This document shows, in pieces, positions 1 through 10,601 of a stretch of 64,000 bases of DNA (the first letter of the stretch is position 1; the number at the start of each line of letters is the position of its first letter). Below the pieces are notes generated by a model. It was not told where the DNA came from. It saw nothing but the letters and a program-made list of their open reading frames with translations, and made no database searches. The DNA lies in NCBI GenBank assembly GCA_963727825.1, contig CAVSHO010000010.1, positions 197,660 through 261,659 of the forward strand, written 5' to 3'. The stretch comes from Ignavibacteriota bacterium. Its GTDB lineage: Bacteria > Bacteroidota > Ignavibacteria > UBA10030. The position numbers and the translations under genes were made by a program.

Positions 1-836
1 GTATCCAACAGAACATAGTCAATGCTATTGTCGCGACATTGCCGCTTGTAGAAATCGAGAAACTCTTGCATCGACTGTTGATACGCTTTCTGAATGTGCC
101 ACGGTTGTGTCATTAATTCTTCCTGAGTCTCTAAGTCCTTGAAGATTGCATCTCCGTCAAACGCAAACGATCTCTCCAGCGGATCCAATATTTGCATCAC
201 GACAACTTCATGTCCTTTGTGTCGAAAATGTTTTAATGCTGTCATCACTGATTCCGGTGTATCAAATAGATCACTTAAGACGATAACGAGTCCGCGCCGC
301 TTAATTTGTTCAGCAATAAGATTTAACGATGCCGACGTTCCAGTTTTATTTTCCGGTTGAGCCGATTCTAATTCTTTCAGAATTTCTTTTAGATACGAGC
401 GTGTGGCACGCGGAGGCAATGAAACGCGAACCCCTTCATCAAATAATGTCAAGCCCACTGCATCGCGTTGTTCTATCATTAAAAATGATAAAGCAGCAGC
501 AACATACGAGGCATATTCAAACTTTTTTAGATTCCCCTTTGATGCATAATCCATCGATCGGCTCACATCAACGATCAGATATGATTTAAGATTTGTCTCT
601 TCCTCAAATTGTTTAATGTAGAAACGGTCGGTTTTTCCGTACGCCTTCCAATCGATGTGTTTGATTTCATCACCCGGCATATATTGGCGATGTTCGGTGA
701 ATTCAACACTGAAGCCGTGATACGGACTTTTATGCAATCCAGTGATAAATCCTTCCACCACTAAACGCGCACGCAATTCCATATTCGCAAGCTGGGCAAC
801 AACGGCGGGCTGGAGATATTTTAATGATTCGTTCAA
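1..836 (-). CDS. DUF58 domain protein (MoxR-associated), runs off the left window edge
   Basis: Manual translation from TTG at 836: LNESLKYLQPAVVAQLANMELRARLVVEGFITGLHKSPYHGFSVEFTEHRQYMPGDEIKHIDWK..KQFEEETN, the typical DUF58 signature. Confidence 0.9.
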   Translation of the reverse strand, partial: MNESLKYLQPAVVAQLANMELRARLVVEGFITGLHKSPYHGFSVEFTEHRQYMPGDEIKHIDWKAYGKTDRFYIKQFEEETNLKSYLIVDVSRSMDYASKGNLKKFEYASYVAAALSFLMIEQRDAVGLTLFDEGVRVSLPPRATRSYLKEILKELESAQPENKTGTSASLNLIAEQIKRRGLVIVLSDLFDTPESVMTALKHFRHKGHEVVVMQILDPLERSFAFDGDAIFKDLETQEELMTQPWHIQKAYQQSMQEFLDFYKRQCRDNSIDYVLLD

Positions 837-917
837 AACAGTTTTCAGTTCTCGGCAACCATTTTTTCAATGGATATAAGCTCTGACTAACCTAACTCCT
901 CAATTGCTCAACTACTT

Positions 918-968
918 TACGCCAAAGGTGCATCCCCGCCCGTCCAACAGGCGGGCACCTATGACGGA
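918..968. repeat. Nested mini-palindromes: a degenerate TCCGCC..GGCGGA-type element interrupted by CCCGCC..GGCGGG
   Basis: tacgccaaaggtgcatc[cccgcccgtccaacaggcggg]cacctatgacgga. Confidence 0.55.
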
Positions 969-978
969 AAAGACTCTT

Positions 979-1497
979 TTACTTCTTCTTCACCTTCTTT
1001 ACCGGTTTCGTTTCTTCTTGCGCTATCTGTGTTTGCGCTTTCAAAATTTCTGCCGGATCTTTTCCGAGATTATTTAGTTCAAACTTGACTGATTCTACCA
1101 GCCGGTTTGTAGGATATTTTTTAAGAAAGTCTTCATAAGCGATCCGTGCTGAATCGATATTCTTTAATTCATTGTTGTAAACGAATCCTATGAGAAACGA
1201 TGCATGAGACGCAGTAGCATGATTCGGATATTTTTCTACAAGGAAGCGAAATGTCTGAATTGCTTGATGATATGAACGTTTATAATTCTGATAAATTATT
1301 CCGATAGCATAAACTGCTTCCGGTGTACGAGCGCTGTCAGGATAAACTTTGACCAATTCTTGATACGAAGCTATCGCCGCGTCATATTGTTCTGCTTTCT
1401 GTGCGTCTACACCTTGATTGAACAACTCTTCCGCGCTGGGTTTGGAACAACCTATGAGAGTGAGGACAAGGAATATTGAAATTAAATAAGACCTCAT
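979..1497 (-). CDS. TPR lipoprotein (BamD/YbgF-like)
   Basis: Start MRSYLIS behind an AAGGA RBS; lipobox LIGC; repeated TPR motifs (YQELVKVYPDS, LVEKYPNH, FLKKYPTN). Confidence 0.8.
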   Translation of the reverse strand: MRSYLISIFLVLTLIGCSKPSAEELFNQGVDAQKAEQYDAAIASYQELVKVYPDSARTPEAVYAIGIIYQNYKRSYHQAIQTFRFLVEKYPNHATASHASFLIGFVYNNELKNIDSARIAYEDFLKKYPTNRLVESVKFELNNLGKDPAEILKAQTQIAQEETKPVKKVKKK

Positions 1498-1634
1498 TGC
1501 AGAATCCTTTCTTCTAAGGTACGGAGAATAACTTATATCAATCTGTTCTAAGCATTCAATAATTAATTTCATCAGATAACTGAACACTGACGATTAATAG
1601 CTATTTTTAAAAGTATTAAAACATCTCTGGAGAA

Positions 1635-2969
1635 TCAACGAATGGTATTCTTTTCAAGAATAGCGCAAAAGAAACCATCAGTTCCATTAATATGAGGAAA
1701 AAGTTTAAAGAATGTTCCTGCTGTAATCAATTCATTATGCCATTTTTCTAATAATCTATTTGCCTCGACCAAACTAAAATCAGGATGTCGCACTATAAAT
1801 TCTTCCACTACATCTTCATTCTCTTGACTTAGTAATGTGCACGTCGCATACGCTATTCTTCCCCCTGGTTTCACAAGCGGTGCAGAGGAACAGAGAATAG
1901 ATTTTTGCTTATCCGACACTTCATTAACTGTCTGTTCCGTAACCATCCATTTCATTCCGGGATTACGGCGAATAGTGCCAAGTCCGCTGCAAGGCGCATC
2001 TACAAAAACTATGTCAAAGAAGTTGGAAAATTGTTTAGCCAAATCTTCAATTGCCTGAATTTCTTGGACACGAATATTCTGCGCTCCGGCACGCTTTATA
2101 CGTTTGCGTAATTCCTCAAGACGGTAACTATTGATATCTGTAGCAAAGATTTCTCCACGATTCTTCATCAGTGCGGCAAACTCCAGCGTCTTACCTCCGG
2201 CGCCCGCGCATACGTCGAGTAATTTCGCATTCGGTTTCGGATCGATGAGAAATGGCAGTAACTGACTTCCCTCATCTTGCACTTCAAACCAGCCATCTTG
2301 GAATATTGGAAGAGAAAATACATTTATGCGTTTTGAAAGATTCAAACCAAATGGTGACAATGCCGTGCTGGTTGTCTCAATTCCCTGCTTGTTCAATTCG
2401 GCCTGACATTGTTCAACAGTCGTCTTCAATGTATTAACACGCAATGTGATTGGGGCTTGTTCATTAAGACTTGCACATATATTTTCAGCTTCACTCTCAT
2501 CGTACTGCTCAAATAATTTCTGCACCATCCAATCCGGGAAGGAATGCTCAATTCCTATTCGTACAACAGCAGATTCGGACGGAATTGTTACCGGTTTCGT
2601 AAATATATTTAAAACATGTGCCATCTTTTCTGCAAGCTGTGTGCTCTTGAGTTTTGATGAGACATCCTCTGGAGCTACATTCTGTATCTTTCCCTGCAAA
2701 GATAAATATGCAACAACGAGAAAAAGAGTTTTATCTTCTTCAAGTAATGCCTCGTTCAATTCAGTCATTGTTGAAGCTACCATTAGTTCGCATTTCCGCA
2801 AATGGCGCAAAGTACCGTACATCGTCTCTGCAATAAACTTCCTGTCATGAGAACCGAGATACTTGTGCGACCGAAAAAATGTATCTATGAGTGCGTCTGC
2901 GGGTTTCTTTGAATTCAGAACAATACCGAGCAATTCCTGTGCATGCCCGATAAGTGATGTCATTTGCAT
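1635..2969 (-). CDS. rsmB: RsmB/NOP2/Sun family RNA m5C methyltransferase
   Basis: VQDEGSQ, DVCAGAGGKT, VDAPCSGLG and YATCT motifs. Confidence 0.9.
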   Translation of the reverse strand: MQMTSLIGHAQELLGIVLNSKKPADALIDTFFRSHKYLGSHDRKFIAETMYGTLRHLRKCELMVASTMTELNEALLEEDKTLFLVVAYLSLQGKIQNVAPEDVSSKLKSTQLAEKMAHVLNIFTKPVTIPSESAVVRIGIEHSFPDWMVQKLFEQYDESEAENICASLNEQAPITLRVNTLKTTVEQCQAELNKQGIETTSTALSPFGLNLSKRINVFSLPIFQDGWFEVQDEGSQLLPFLIDPKPNAKLLDVCAGAGGKTLEFAALMKNRGEIFATDINSYRLEELRKRIKRAGAQNIRVQEIQAIEDLAKQFSNFFDIVFVDAPCSGLGTIRRNPGMKWMVTEQTVNEVSDKQKSILCSSAPLVKPGGRIAYATCTLLSQENEDVVEEFIVRHPDFSLVEANRLLEKWHNELITAGTFFKLFPHINGTDGFFCAILEKNTIR

Positions 2970-3245
2970 AGTTTTTCCAGCCAACCCGATTTTTCTGCGT
3001 AACCCATTTGTATTATTATCTTCATTTCACTTATAAGATACATCTTTTTGTCAATGGATGCGTGCTTCTTTAGACATTAAGTCATAAAGAAGATTTGTTT
3101 GATTTGCTTATTGTTAACCACAAGATCAAATTCATCTAGGGGTATAAAAAATCCTTCCCCAGTAACAATCTGAAGAAGGATATAAAATATTGAGTCCAGT
3201 CTAAATAATTATTTCGATTTCAATTCACCGGGCTTTTTCAGTGCA

Positions 3246-3560
3246 TTATTTTTTTACGCTGTCGACTTTCGCTTTTTCATTTGTTTTTGTTTCTTCCGCT
3301 TTCACTTTCGCCTTTGCTTTTACTCCTTCCGCCTTCACTTTCACCTTTGTTTTTACCCCTTCCGTTTTCACTTCAGTTGTATCTTTTGCGGTTGTCACTT
3401 TTGCCTCCGTCTTGATCCCTTCCTCTTTCACTTTTGACTTTGTTTTTACTTTTTCTATTTTTGTTTTAAGCGTATCTTTTACTGTTGACGCCCGCATTTG
3501 TGTGAAAACTAATCCCGCAACAAAGAAACAGAGACTGAATAACACGAGTATTCTTTTCAT
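3246..3560 (-). CDS. Small secreted Lys-rich protein with 11-aa repeats
   Basis: Signal peptide; GAGGAG RBS; repeats VKEEGIKTEAK / VKTEGVKTKVK / VKAEGVKAKAK / VKAEETKTNEK. Confidence 0.7.
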   Translation of the reverse strand: MKRILVLFSLCFFVAGLVFTQMRASTVKDTLKTKIEKVKTKSKVKEEGIKTEAKVTTAKDTTEVKTEGVKTKVKVKAEGVKAKAKVKAEETKTNEKAKVDSVKK

Positions 3561-3685
3561 TTTATTTCTCCTTTGTTGTTGATAGATAGAATTATTTGAA
3601 TTACTACGTGAATGTTGTAATTATTTTATCAAAACTCAATTAGTATTATATAAGTACCTTGAAAATGTCCAATAAATAGAAATAT

Positions 3686-6320
3686 TTATATTACAACCTC
3701 TGGTTTTGTCTTTGCCACGAACTCAATCATCCCGCGGTTATCTGTTCCAATCTCGACTGTATCTCCATCCGCAACGCTGCCAGTAAGAAGTTTTTCTGAT
3801 AAAGTATTGATAACATATTTTTGGATAATTCGCTTCAACGGACGCGCACCAAAGCTTGGATCGTACCCGATTGTGGCAAGCCGCTCTTTCGCATCAGCAG
3901 TAAATTCTAATTTGATGTTCTTATCTGCAACCAACTTCTGTACTTGTTTCAATTGCAACTCGACAATTTTCTTTAACTCCGTCATTGTCAATGGTTTGAA
4001 AAGAATCACCTCGTCAATGCGGTTGAGAAACTCCGGCCGCACTGACTGTTTGAGCATTTCAAAAAGCTGTACGCGCAGCTCACCCATCAAGTCGTCGCGA
4101 TTTTCTTCTGTCAACGTATCCATCTTCTCTTGAATGAGTTGAGAGCCAAGATTCGATGTCATAATGACTATTGTGTTTTTGAAATTCACAGTTCGTCCTT
4201 TGCTATCCGTCAATCTGCCTTCATCCAGTAATTGCAGAAGAACATTGAATACTTCCGGATGAGCTTTTTCAATCTCGTCGAGAAGGACAACTGAGTATGG
4301 TTTTCTCCGTACTGCTTCCGTCAACTGGCCGCCTTCTTCATAACCAACATAACCTGGCGGTGCGCCAATCAGCCGCGACACCGAAAACTTTTCCATATAT
4401 TCTGTCATATCGATTCGCACAACAGCATTTTCATCATTGAAAAGAAATTCGGCAAGTGCTTTCGCTAATTCTGTTTTCCCGACACCGGTGCTGCCGAGGA
4501 AGATAAACGAACCTATCGGTTTCCTCTCATCCTGCAATCCTGCGCGGCTTCTTCGGATTGCATCCGCTACAGCTTTTACAGCATCTTCCTGATCGATCAA
4601 CCGCTCGTGTATGCGATCTTCTAAATGTAAGAGCTTCGTCCGATCGCTTTCTAACATACGTTGCACAGGAATACCAGTCCACTTTGCTACAATTTCTGCA
4701 ATGTCTTCCGCATCGACTTCTTCCTTCAGCATTTTCTGGTGCTTTTGCACTTCGTTCAGTTTAAGCGATGCTTCCTTCAATTGCTTTTCTAATCCCGCAA
4801 TAACACCGTAACGCAGTTCTGCCACACGGCCAAGATTGCTTTGCCGCTCTTGCTGTTCTGCTTCCTTTTTGGCGTTGTCAATATCTTCCTTCATTTTTCG
4901 AATAGACTGGATCAGTCCCTTTTCCAACTGCCAGTGCGCCTTCAACTCAGAGCGAGTTTGATTCAAATCGGCAAGTTCGTGCTTGATTTCTCCAAGGCGA
5001 GAATTCGAGTCGGAGTCTTTCTCGCGTTTCACTGCTTCACGTTCAATTTCTAATTGTTTTATTCGGCGTTCAACGTTATCCAATTCTTCCGGCATCGAAT
5101 CGATTTCCATGCGAAGTTTCGCTGCCGCCTCATCCACTAGATCAATTGCTTTGTCGGGTAAGAAACGATCCGATATATAACGATGGCTTAACTGTGCCGC
5201 CGCAACAATTGCACCGTCCGTAATGCGTACACCGTGATGCACTTCGTATCGCTCTTTCAATCCGCGCAAAATAGAAATTGTATCTTCCACTGTTGATTCT
5301 TCCACAAGCACTGGTTGGAATCGCCGTTCCAATGCGGGATCTTTCTCAATATATTTTCGATATTCATCAATAGTCGTGGCACCGATGGCTCGCAGATCAC
5401 CGCGTGCTAATGCCGGTTTCAGCATATTCGACGCATCAACAGAACCTTGCGCCGCACCAGCGCCAACGAGTGTATGTAGTTCATCGATGAATAAAATAAT
5501 TTCCCCGTTCGATTCAGTTACTTCTTTAAGTACCGCTTTCAATCGTTCTTCAAATTGACCACGGAAACTTGTGCCTGCAACCAGCGTTCCCATATCGAGT
5601 GCAACAATGCGCTTCGTCTTCAAACTTTCCGGCACATCGCCTTGCACAATGCGTTGTGCTATACCTTCGGCAATTGCCGTCTTGCCGACGCCCGGATCAC
5701 CGATGAGCACCGGATTATTTTTTGTGCGGCGTGAGAGCACTTGAAGCACGCGGCGAATTTCTTCTTCGCGTCCGATGACTGGATCTAATTTACCTTTACG
5801 TGCAAGATCATTAAGGTCGCGGCCAAACCGCTCGAGAGATTGGTATTTGTCCTCCGGCGTCTGGTCGGTAACACGCTGCGAGCCGCGTACATCTTTCAGC
5901 GCCTTGTAAATGCTTTCTTTCGACACGCCTTGATCGGTTAATAATTTTATCACTGACGATTTGGCTGCAAGCAATCCCAATAACAAATGTTCGGTGCTGA
6001 CATATTCGTCTTTCAGCTGTTGCTGCTTCTTGTTGTGCAGACTCAAAAACTTGCCCGAGTTGAGGCGAGATATGTTGATTGCCAAGACCGGCGCCCTGTA
6101 CTTTTGGCAAATGTTCCACCGTCTCGTTAATTTTTATTTTGAGATAATTGACGTTTGTGCCAAGTTTTTGCAGGATTGGCACGACGATGCCTTCGCTATC
6201 TTGCACCAGTGCCGCAAGTAAATGTTCCGGTTCGATAACTTGATTGCTGTAGCTTGATGCAATCTCCTGTGCGTTCTGTACCGCTTCTTGAGATTTAATT
6301 GTAAATTTATTAAAGTTCAT
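3686..6320 (-). CDS. clpB: ATP-dependent chaperone ClpB, split by a one-base frameshift near 6023
   Basis: The ORF starting at 6320 encodes the Clp N-domain ([17 protein letters not shown]). ORF 3686-6085 continues [14 protein letters not shown] with both AAA modules ([16 protein letters not shown]) and the M-domain coiled coil. Confidence 0.92.
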
Positions 6321-6366
6321 GTATTCCTCTGTTCGCTCAATCTTTATATAAAACCAAGATATATAA

Positions 6367-6483
6367 CTCCTTCCCCTTTAGGGGAAGGTCGGGATGGGGT
6401 CATTTATTTTAATCAGATAAATATTTCAAGTTACAATCGCCTAATGATGACCTCACCCTAACCCTCTCCTACAAGGAGAGGGA
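6367..6483. repeat. Pair of REP-like hairpins of the CCCCT..AGGGG family
   Basis: ctccttcccctttaggggaaggtcgggatgggg and acctcaccctaaccctctcctacaaggagaggg; same family as 15366-15425. Confidence 0.7.
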
Positions 6484-6502
6484 ATGTTGTTTCGCTCTAC
6501 TT

Positions 6503-6556
6503 TGCACCGGTTCTTGAGGTTTAATTGTAAATTTATTGAAGTTCATATGTTCCTCT
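6503..6556 (-). repeat. Duplicated clpB RBS and first ~15 codons
   Basis: Translates to [15 protein letters not shown] versus [15 protein letters not shown] at 6277-6330. Confidence 0.85.
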
Positions 6557-6557
6557 T

Positions 6558-6818
6558 TTACGAAGGCATTTCCTTATCAGTTGTTCCTTCTCCACTCTCT
6601 TCTTCCTTCCATTTCTTTTCTGCCTGTTGTTCTATTACCGTTTCAATCGCATTCTGTTCATCTTTTCCTCCCATATCATGCAATGCTGCCATTGAAGCAA
6701 AACTGCCGGAGCGCTGTAAATCTTTTTTGTCTTTATGGGCAAGTGTATAGATAATTCCAGCCAGCAGAAAAATGATAATACCAATGAATAATAAAAGTGC
6801 AATTGTTGAGTCGGACAT
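6558..6818 (-). CDS. Small single-pass membrane protein, hypothetical
   Basis: 86-aa ORF with an N-terminal TM helix, acidic tail and purine-rich RBS. Confidence 0.65.
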   Translation of the reverse strand: MSDSTIALLLFIGIIIFLLAGIIYTLAHKDKKDLQRSGSFASMAALHDMGGKDEQNAIETVIEQQAEKKWKEEESGEGTTDKEMPS

Positions 6819-6835
6819 TATCTTTCTCTTTATAT

Positions 6836-6920
6836 TGTCATTCCCGAATGTTTCAATCGGGAATCCAGAATTAAGGAAACCGAAATATTAGATGCCCGCT
6901 TAACATCCGCGGGCATGACA
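6836..6920. repeat. REP-like inverted pair (GTCATTCCCG..GGGAATCC / GATGCCCG..GGGCATGAC)
   Basis: tgtcattcccgaatgtttcaatcgggaatcca ... tagatgcccgcttaacatccgcgggcatgaca. Confidence 0.7.
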
Positions 6921-6942
6921 AAATAAATCAATTATTAAATAT

Positions 6943-6968
6943 AAAAGGCGAGTTTTTATCTCGCCTTT
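6943..6968 (-). terminator. Rho-independent terminator after dnaK
   Basis: aaaaggcgag-tttttat-ctcgcctt hairpin with a U-tract on the minus strand. Confidence 0.7.
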
Positions 6969-7048
6969 CGTTAGTACATCAGATTGGTGAGTATTCACCA
7001 TACCATCTGTTCTTTTACTCAACTACTTAATACTTCATACTCATCGAC

Positions 7049-9019
7049 TTACTTATCATCAACAACCTCGAAGTCGGCGTTTTCCACTTTCTTGCCGCCT
7101 TGATCGCCACCTTGTTGTTGCTGCGGACCGGCTTGTTCAGCACCCGGTTGACCGCCTGCGAACGGACCCTGTTGCTGCCCACCTGCACCAGGAGCTTGCT
7201 GTGCTTTTGCCGATTCGTACATCTTTGTCGATGCTTCATTCCAGGCATTGTTGAGTGCTTCTGTCTTCGCCTTAATATCTGCGGGATTGTTGCCCTTAAT
7301 TGCTTCTTCAAGAGCATTTGCCGCCGCTTCGACCTTAGACTTAGTGTCTGCGTTCATCTTATCGCCAAGATCTTTTAACTGCTTTCGCGTTTGGAAGACG
7401 AGATTATCCGCTTGATTTTTTGTCTCAATTTCCTCTTTCCGTTTTTTATCTTCCGCAGCATGCGCCGTCGCATCTGTTTTCATTTTCTCTACTTCTTCTT
7501 TGCTCAATCCGCTGGAAGAAGTAATACGAATGGATTGCTCTTTATTTGTTGCCTTGTCTTTTGCAGAGACGTGCAGCATTCCATTGGCATCGATATCAAA
7601 CGTAACTTCGATCTGAGGAACACCGCGCGGTGCAGGCGGAATACCATCTAAATGAAATTGACCGAGCGTGCGGTTATCTAAAGCCATCGGGCGTTCACCC
7701 TGCAAAACATGAATTTCTACGGATGGCTGGCTATCCGATGCGGTAGAAAATATTTCACTTTTCTTTGTCGGAATGGTTGTGTTCGCTTGAATCATCTGTG
7801 TCATCACACCGCCGAGTGTTTCAATTCCAAGGGTTAATGGAGTAACATCCAGCAAGAGCACATCTGTCACATCTCCGGAAAGTACGCCGCCCTGAATCGC
7901 TGCACCTACCGCTACAACTTCATCCGGATTGACTCCTTTATGTCCTTCTTTTCCAAATATATCTTTTACCAACTGCTGAACACGCGGCATACGCGTCATT
8001 CCACCTACGAGAATAATCTCATCAATTTGATTCGGATTTAATCCAGAATCCTTCAATGCTTTTTCTACCGGCGGCATACAACGTTGTACTAAATCTTCCA
8101 CAAGTTGCTCCAATTTCGCCCGCGTGAGCGTCATGTTCAAGTGCTTCGGGCCATCTGCTGTTGCTGTAATGAACGGAAGATTAATCTCTGTCTGCAATAA
8201 CTGCGACAACTCCATCTTTGCTTTTTCCGCTGCTTCACGTAAACGCTGAAGTGCCATCGGATCTTTGCGAAGGTCTATACTTTCTGTTTTCTTGAATTCA
8301 TCTGCTATGTAGTCAAGTACACGCATATCAAAATTATCGCCGCCAAGGTGTGTATCACCGTTAGTGGATTTTACTTCGAACACGCCTTCACCTAATTCAA
8401 GCACGGAAATATCAAATGTTCCGCCGCCAAGATCGAATACCGCAACTTTAGAATCTTTATGTTTCTTATCCAAACCATAAGCCAGTGCCGCCGCTGTCGG
8501 TTCGTTAATAATACGCCGAACATTAAGGCCAGCTATTTCACCGGCTTCTTTTGTTGCCTGTCGCTGTGCATCGTTGAAGTATGCAGGCACGGTAATGACT
8601 GCTTCAGTGATTTTTGTACCAAGATAATCTTCTGCCGTCTGTTTCATTTTTTGAAGAATCATCGAAGATATTTCCGAAGGTGAATAGACACGATCACCTA
8701 TTTTCACACGTGCTGTGTTGTTTTCGCCTTGCACCACATTGTAGGGAACAAGTTTCATTTCTTCATTTACTTCATTATAGAACCGTCCCATAAAACGTTT
8801 AATGGAAAAGACAGTGTTTTGTGAATTCGTCACCGCTTGACGCTTTGCAGCCGCTCCAACCAGTCGCTCGCCTGACTTTGTAAATCCGACTACAGATGGT
8901 GTAGTGCGTGAGCCTTCTGAGTTTGCGATGACAACTGGGTCATTGCCTTCCATCACAGCAACACACGAGTTTGTAGTTCCCAGGTCGATACCAATAATTT
9001 TTCCTGTATTTTTTGACAT
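7049..9019 (-). CDS. dnaK: Chaperone DnaK (Hsp70)
   Basis: [19 protein letters not shown] and DLGGGTFD motifs. Confidence 0.98.
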   Translation of the reverse strand: MSKNTGKIIGIDLGTTNSCVAVMEGNDPVVIANSEGSRTTPSVVGFTKSGERLVGAAAKRQAVTNSQNTVFSIKRFMGRFYNEVNEEMKLVPYNVVQGENNTARVKIGDRVYSPSEISSMILQKMKQTAEDYLGTKITEAVITVPAYFNDAQRQATKEAGEIAGLNVRRIINEPTAAALAYGLDKKHKDSKVAVFDLGGGTFDISVLELGEGVFEVKSTNGDTHLGGDNFDMRVLDYIADEFKKTESIDLRKDPMALQRLREAAEKAKMELSQLLQTEINLPFITATADGPKHLNMTLTRAKLEQLVEDLVQRCMPPVEKALKDSGLNPNQIDEIILVGGMTRMPRVQQLVKDIFGKEGHKGVNPDEVVAVGAAIQGGVLSGDVTDVLLLDVTPLTLGIETLGGVMTQMIQANTTIPTKKSEIFSTASDSQPSVEIHVLQGERPMALDNRTLGQFHLDGIPPAPRGVPQIEVTFDIDANGMLHVSAKDKATNKEQSIRITSSSGLSKEEVEKMKTDATAHAAEDKKRKEEIETKNQADNLVFQTRKQLKDLGDKMNADTKSKVEAAANALEEAIKGNNPADIKAKTEALNNAWNEASTKMYESAKAQQAPGAGGQQQGPFAGGQPGAEQAGPQQQQGGDQGGKKVENADFEVVDDK

Positions 9020-9162
9020 TGTAAAACTCCTTTACTTTCGCGGCTTGTATACCGCTGATATGTGGATTGATGCACCAACGGGCCGGGATTGATCCACTTC
9101 AAACCCGACCCTAATGGCGCGTTGATCGATCAATGGAGGAATTTCATTCATCCACTATGTTG

Positions 9163-9627
9163 TTACTTCACTTTAACTTCTATTTGTTTCGGTTTCGCTT
9201 CTTCTGCTTTCGGCAATGCCACCGTCAAGATGCCATCTTTGTAAGAAGCATCGATCTTGTCAGCTTTTACTGCAGCCGGAAGTGTGAAAGATCGTTGGAA
9301 AGAACCATAGCTCCGCTCGACGCGGTGATAATTCTCTTTCTTCGTTTCCTTCTCTTGTTTCTTCTCGCCACGAATCGTCAGGATGTTATTCTCAAGCGTG
9401 AGTTTCACTTCATCCTTATTGACTCCGGGCAATTCTACCTTCACCAAATATTCATCGTCATGTTCGGCAATATCGACTGCCGGCGTCCACGATGAGATTG
9501 CATAATCTTCATCGTTTGTGCCGCGGAAGAAACCATCGAACATCCGGTTCATTTCCCTCTGAATCCCAAACAGATCAGAGGGCCAAGTCGCTAATTCGCG
9601 AGCTGGATTCCATCGTACGAGTGACAT
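9163..9627 (-). CDS. Hsp20/alpha-crystallin small heat shock protein
   Basis: WTPAVDIAE..ELPGV..ERSYGSFQRSFTLP..A.YKDGILTV.LPK. Confidence 0.95.
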   Translation of the reverse strand: MSLVRWNPARELATWPSDLFGIQREMNRMFDGFFRGTNDEDYAISSWTPAVDIAEHDDEYLVKVELPGVNKDEVKLTLENNILTIRGEKKQEKETKKENYHRVERSYGSFQRSFTLPAAVKADKIDASYKDGILTVALPKAEEAKPKQIEVKVK

Positions 9628-9655
9628 ACGTCTACCCTCCTTTAAGATTGTTTAT

Positions 9656-10066
9656 TTAGTTAATTGAAATTTCCCTTGCCTTCACCGCTTCGGTTTTCGG
9701 CAAGGTGATTGTTAAAATGCCATTACTCATTTCTGCGGATATCTTTGCTGAATTTATTTCATATCCTAGCCGCACAGAACGATCGAAACTCTCAGATTGA
9801 GTTTCTTTCAGAAGAACTTTCGCCTTTTCAGACAACTCAACAGGTTTTCGTTCTCCACTAATCGCTAATACATTCTTCTCAAATGTAATCTTCACATCTT
9901 CCTTCTTCATGCCGGGCAATTCTGCACTGACAACGATCTCATTTTCTTGTTCGATAATATCGAGCGCCGGAAATTCTGTCCGAACCGGTAATCTATCGGT
10001 TGCAAGGAAATCATTCATTAGACTGTCGCATTCACAAGTTCTAGGATAATCAAATCGTACTAACAT
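9656..10066 (-). CDS. Hsp20/alpha-crystallin small heat shock protein
   Basis: FPALDIIE..ELPGM..A.MSNGILTITLPK. Confidence 0.9.
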   Translation of the reverse strand: MLVRFDYPRTCECDSLMNDFLATDRLPVRTEFPALDIIEQENEIVVSAELPGMKKEDVKITFEKNVLAISGERKPVELSEKAKVLLKETQSESFDRSVRLGYEINSAKISAEMSNGILTITLPKTEAVKAREISIN

Positions 10067-10109
10067 TGTTGTATCTCCTTTTTAGATTTTAATTTGTTAC
10101 TATAAATAA

Positions 10110-10125
10110 ATCAATAGGCGTGCCA
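10110..10125 (-). promoter_or_regulatory. Sigma54-type (-24/-12) promoter of the hsp20-dnaK cluster
   Basis: Minus strand reads TGGCACG-CCTA-TTGAT, matching TGGCACG-N4-TTGC with one change, 44 nt upstream of hsp20. Confidence 0.65.
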
Positions 10126-10184
10126 AATAGAAAAGTGCGGATTACGACTGGTTTTTAGAGGATGAAAATCTTCGTCTCAGCATT

Positions 10185-10203
10185 TTGGCAGTTTATCTGC
10201 CAA
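10185..10203. promoter_or_regulatory. Palindromic candidate enhancer (bEBP) site
   Basis: ttggcag-tttat-ctgccaa, about 60-80 nt upstream of the sigma54 motif. Confidence 0.45.
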
Positions 10204-10601
10204 TGTTTCCGATAACTCAATCCTATTGTGGCAGAATTATAGGAAGAAACGGCAGAAGGAAATGATAAGAAGAACAAAAGAGTAGCTCATAGGATATGAT
10301 GAAAGAAAGATTGATGGTTAGAAATTTCCGAGTCACTTGTTATGGCAATGGCAAAAGTTTGAAGATATTCCTGCAATAGAGACCTTCAATTTTTACCCGC
10401 CGTCTTTTTGGCGGGGAACGTCTATACAATATGCTATGCTATCATTTCCCGCGCTTTCCTTGATATTCGTTTTGCAACTTCGTACGTTTCTTTTGCTACT
10501 GAAAACAGAAATTCAAACTACTTTCACTTTAGTAGCAGCTAAGAGGAATTTGATTTCTATAAGTTTTGTAAGAATTATTAATAAATGATAGGAATAGCTA
10601 T

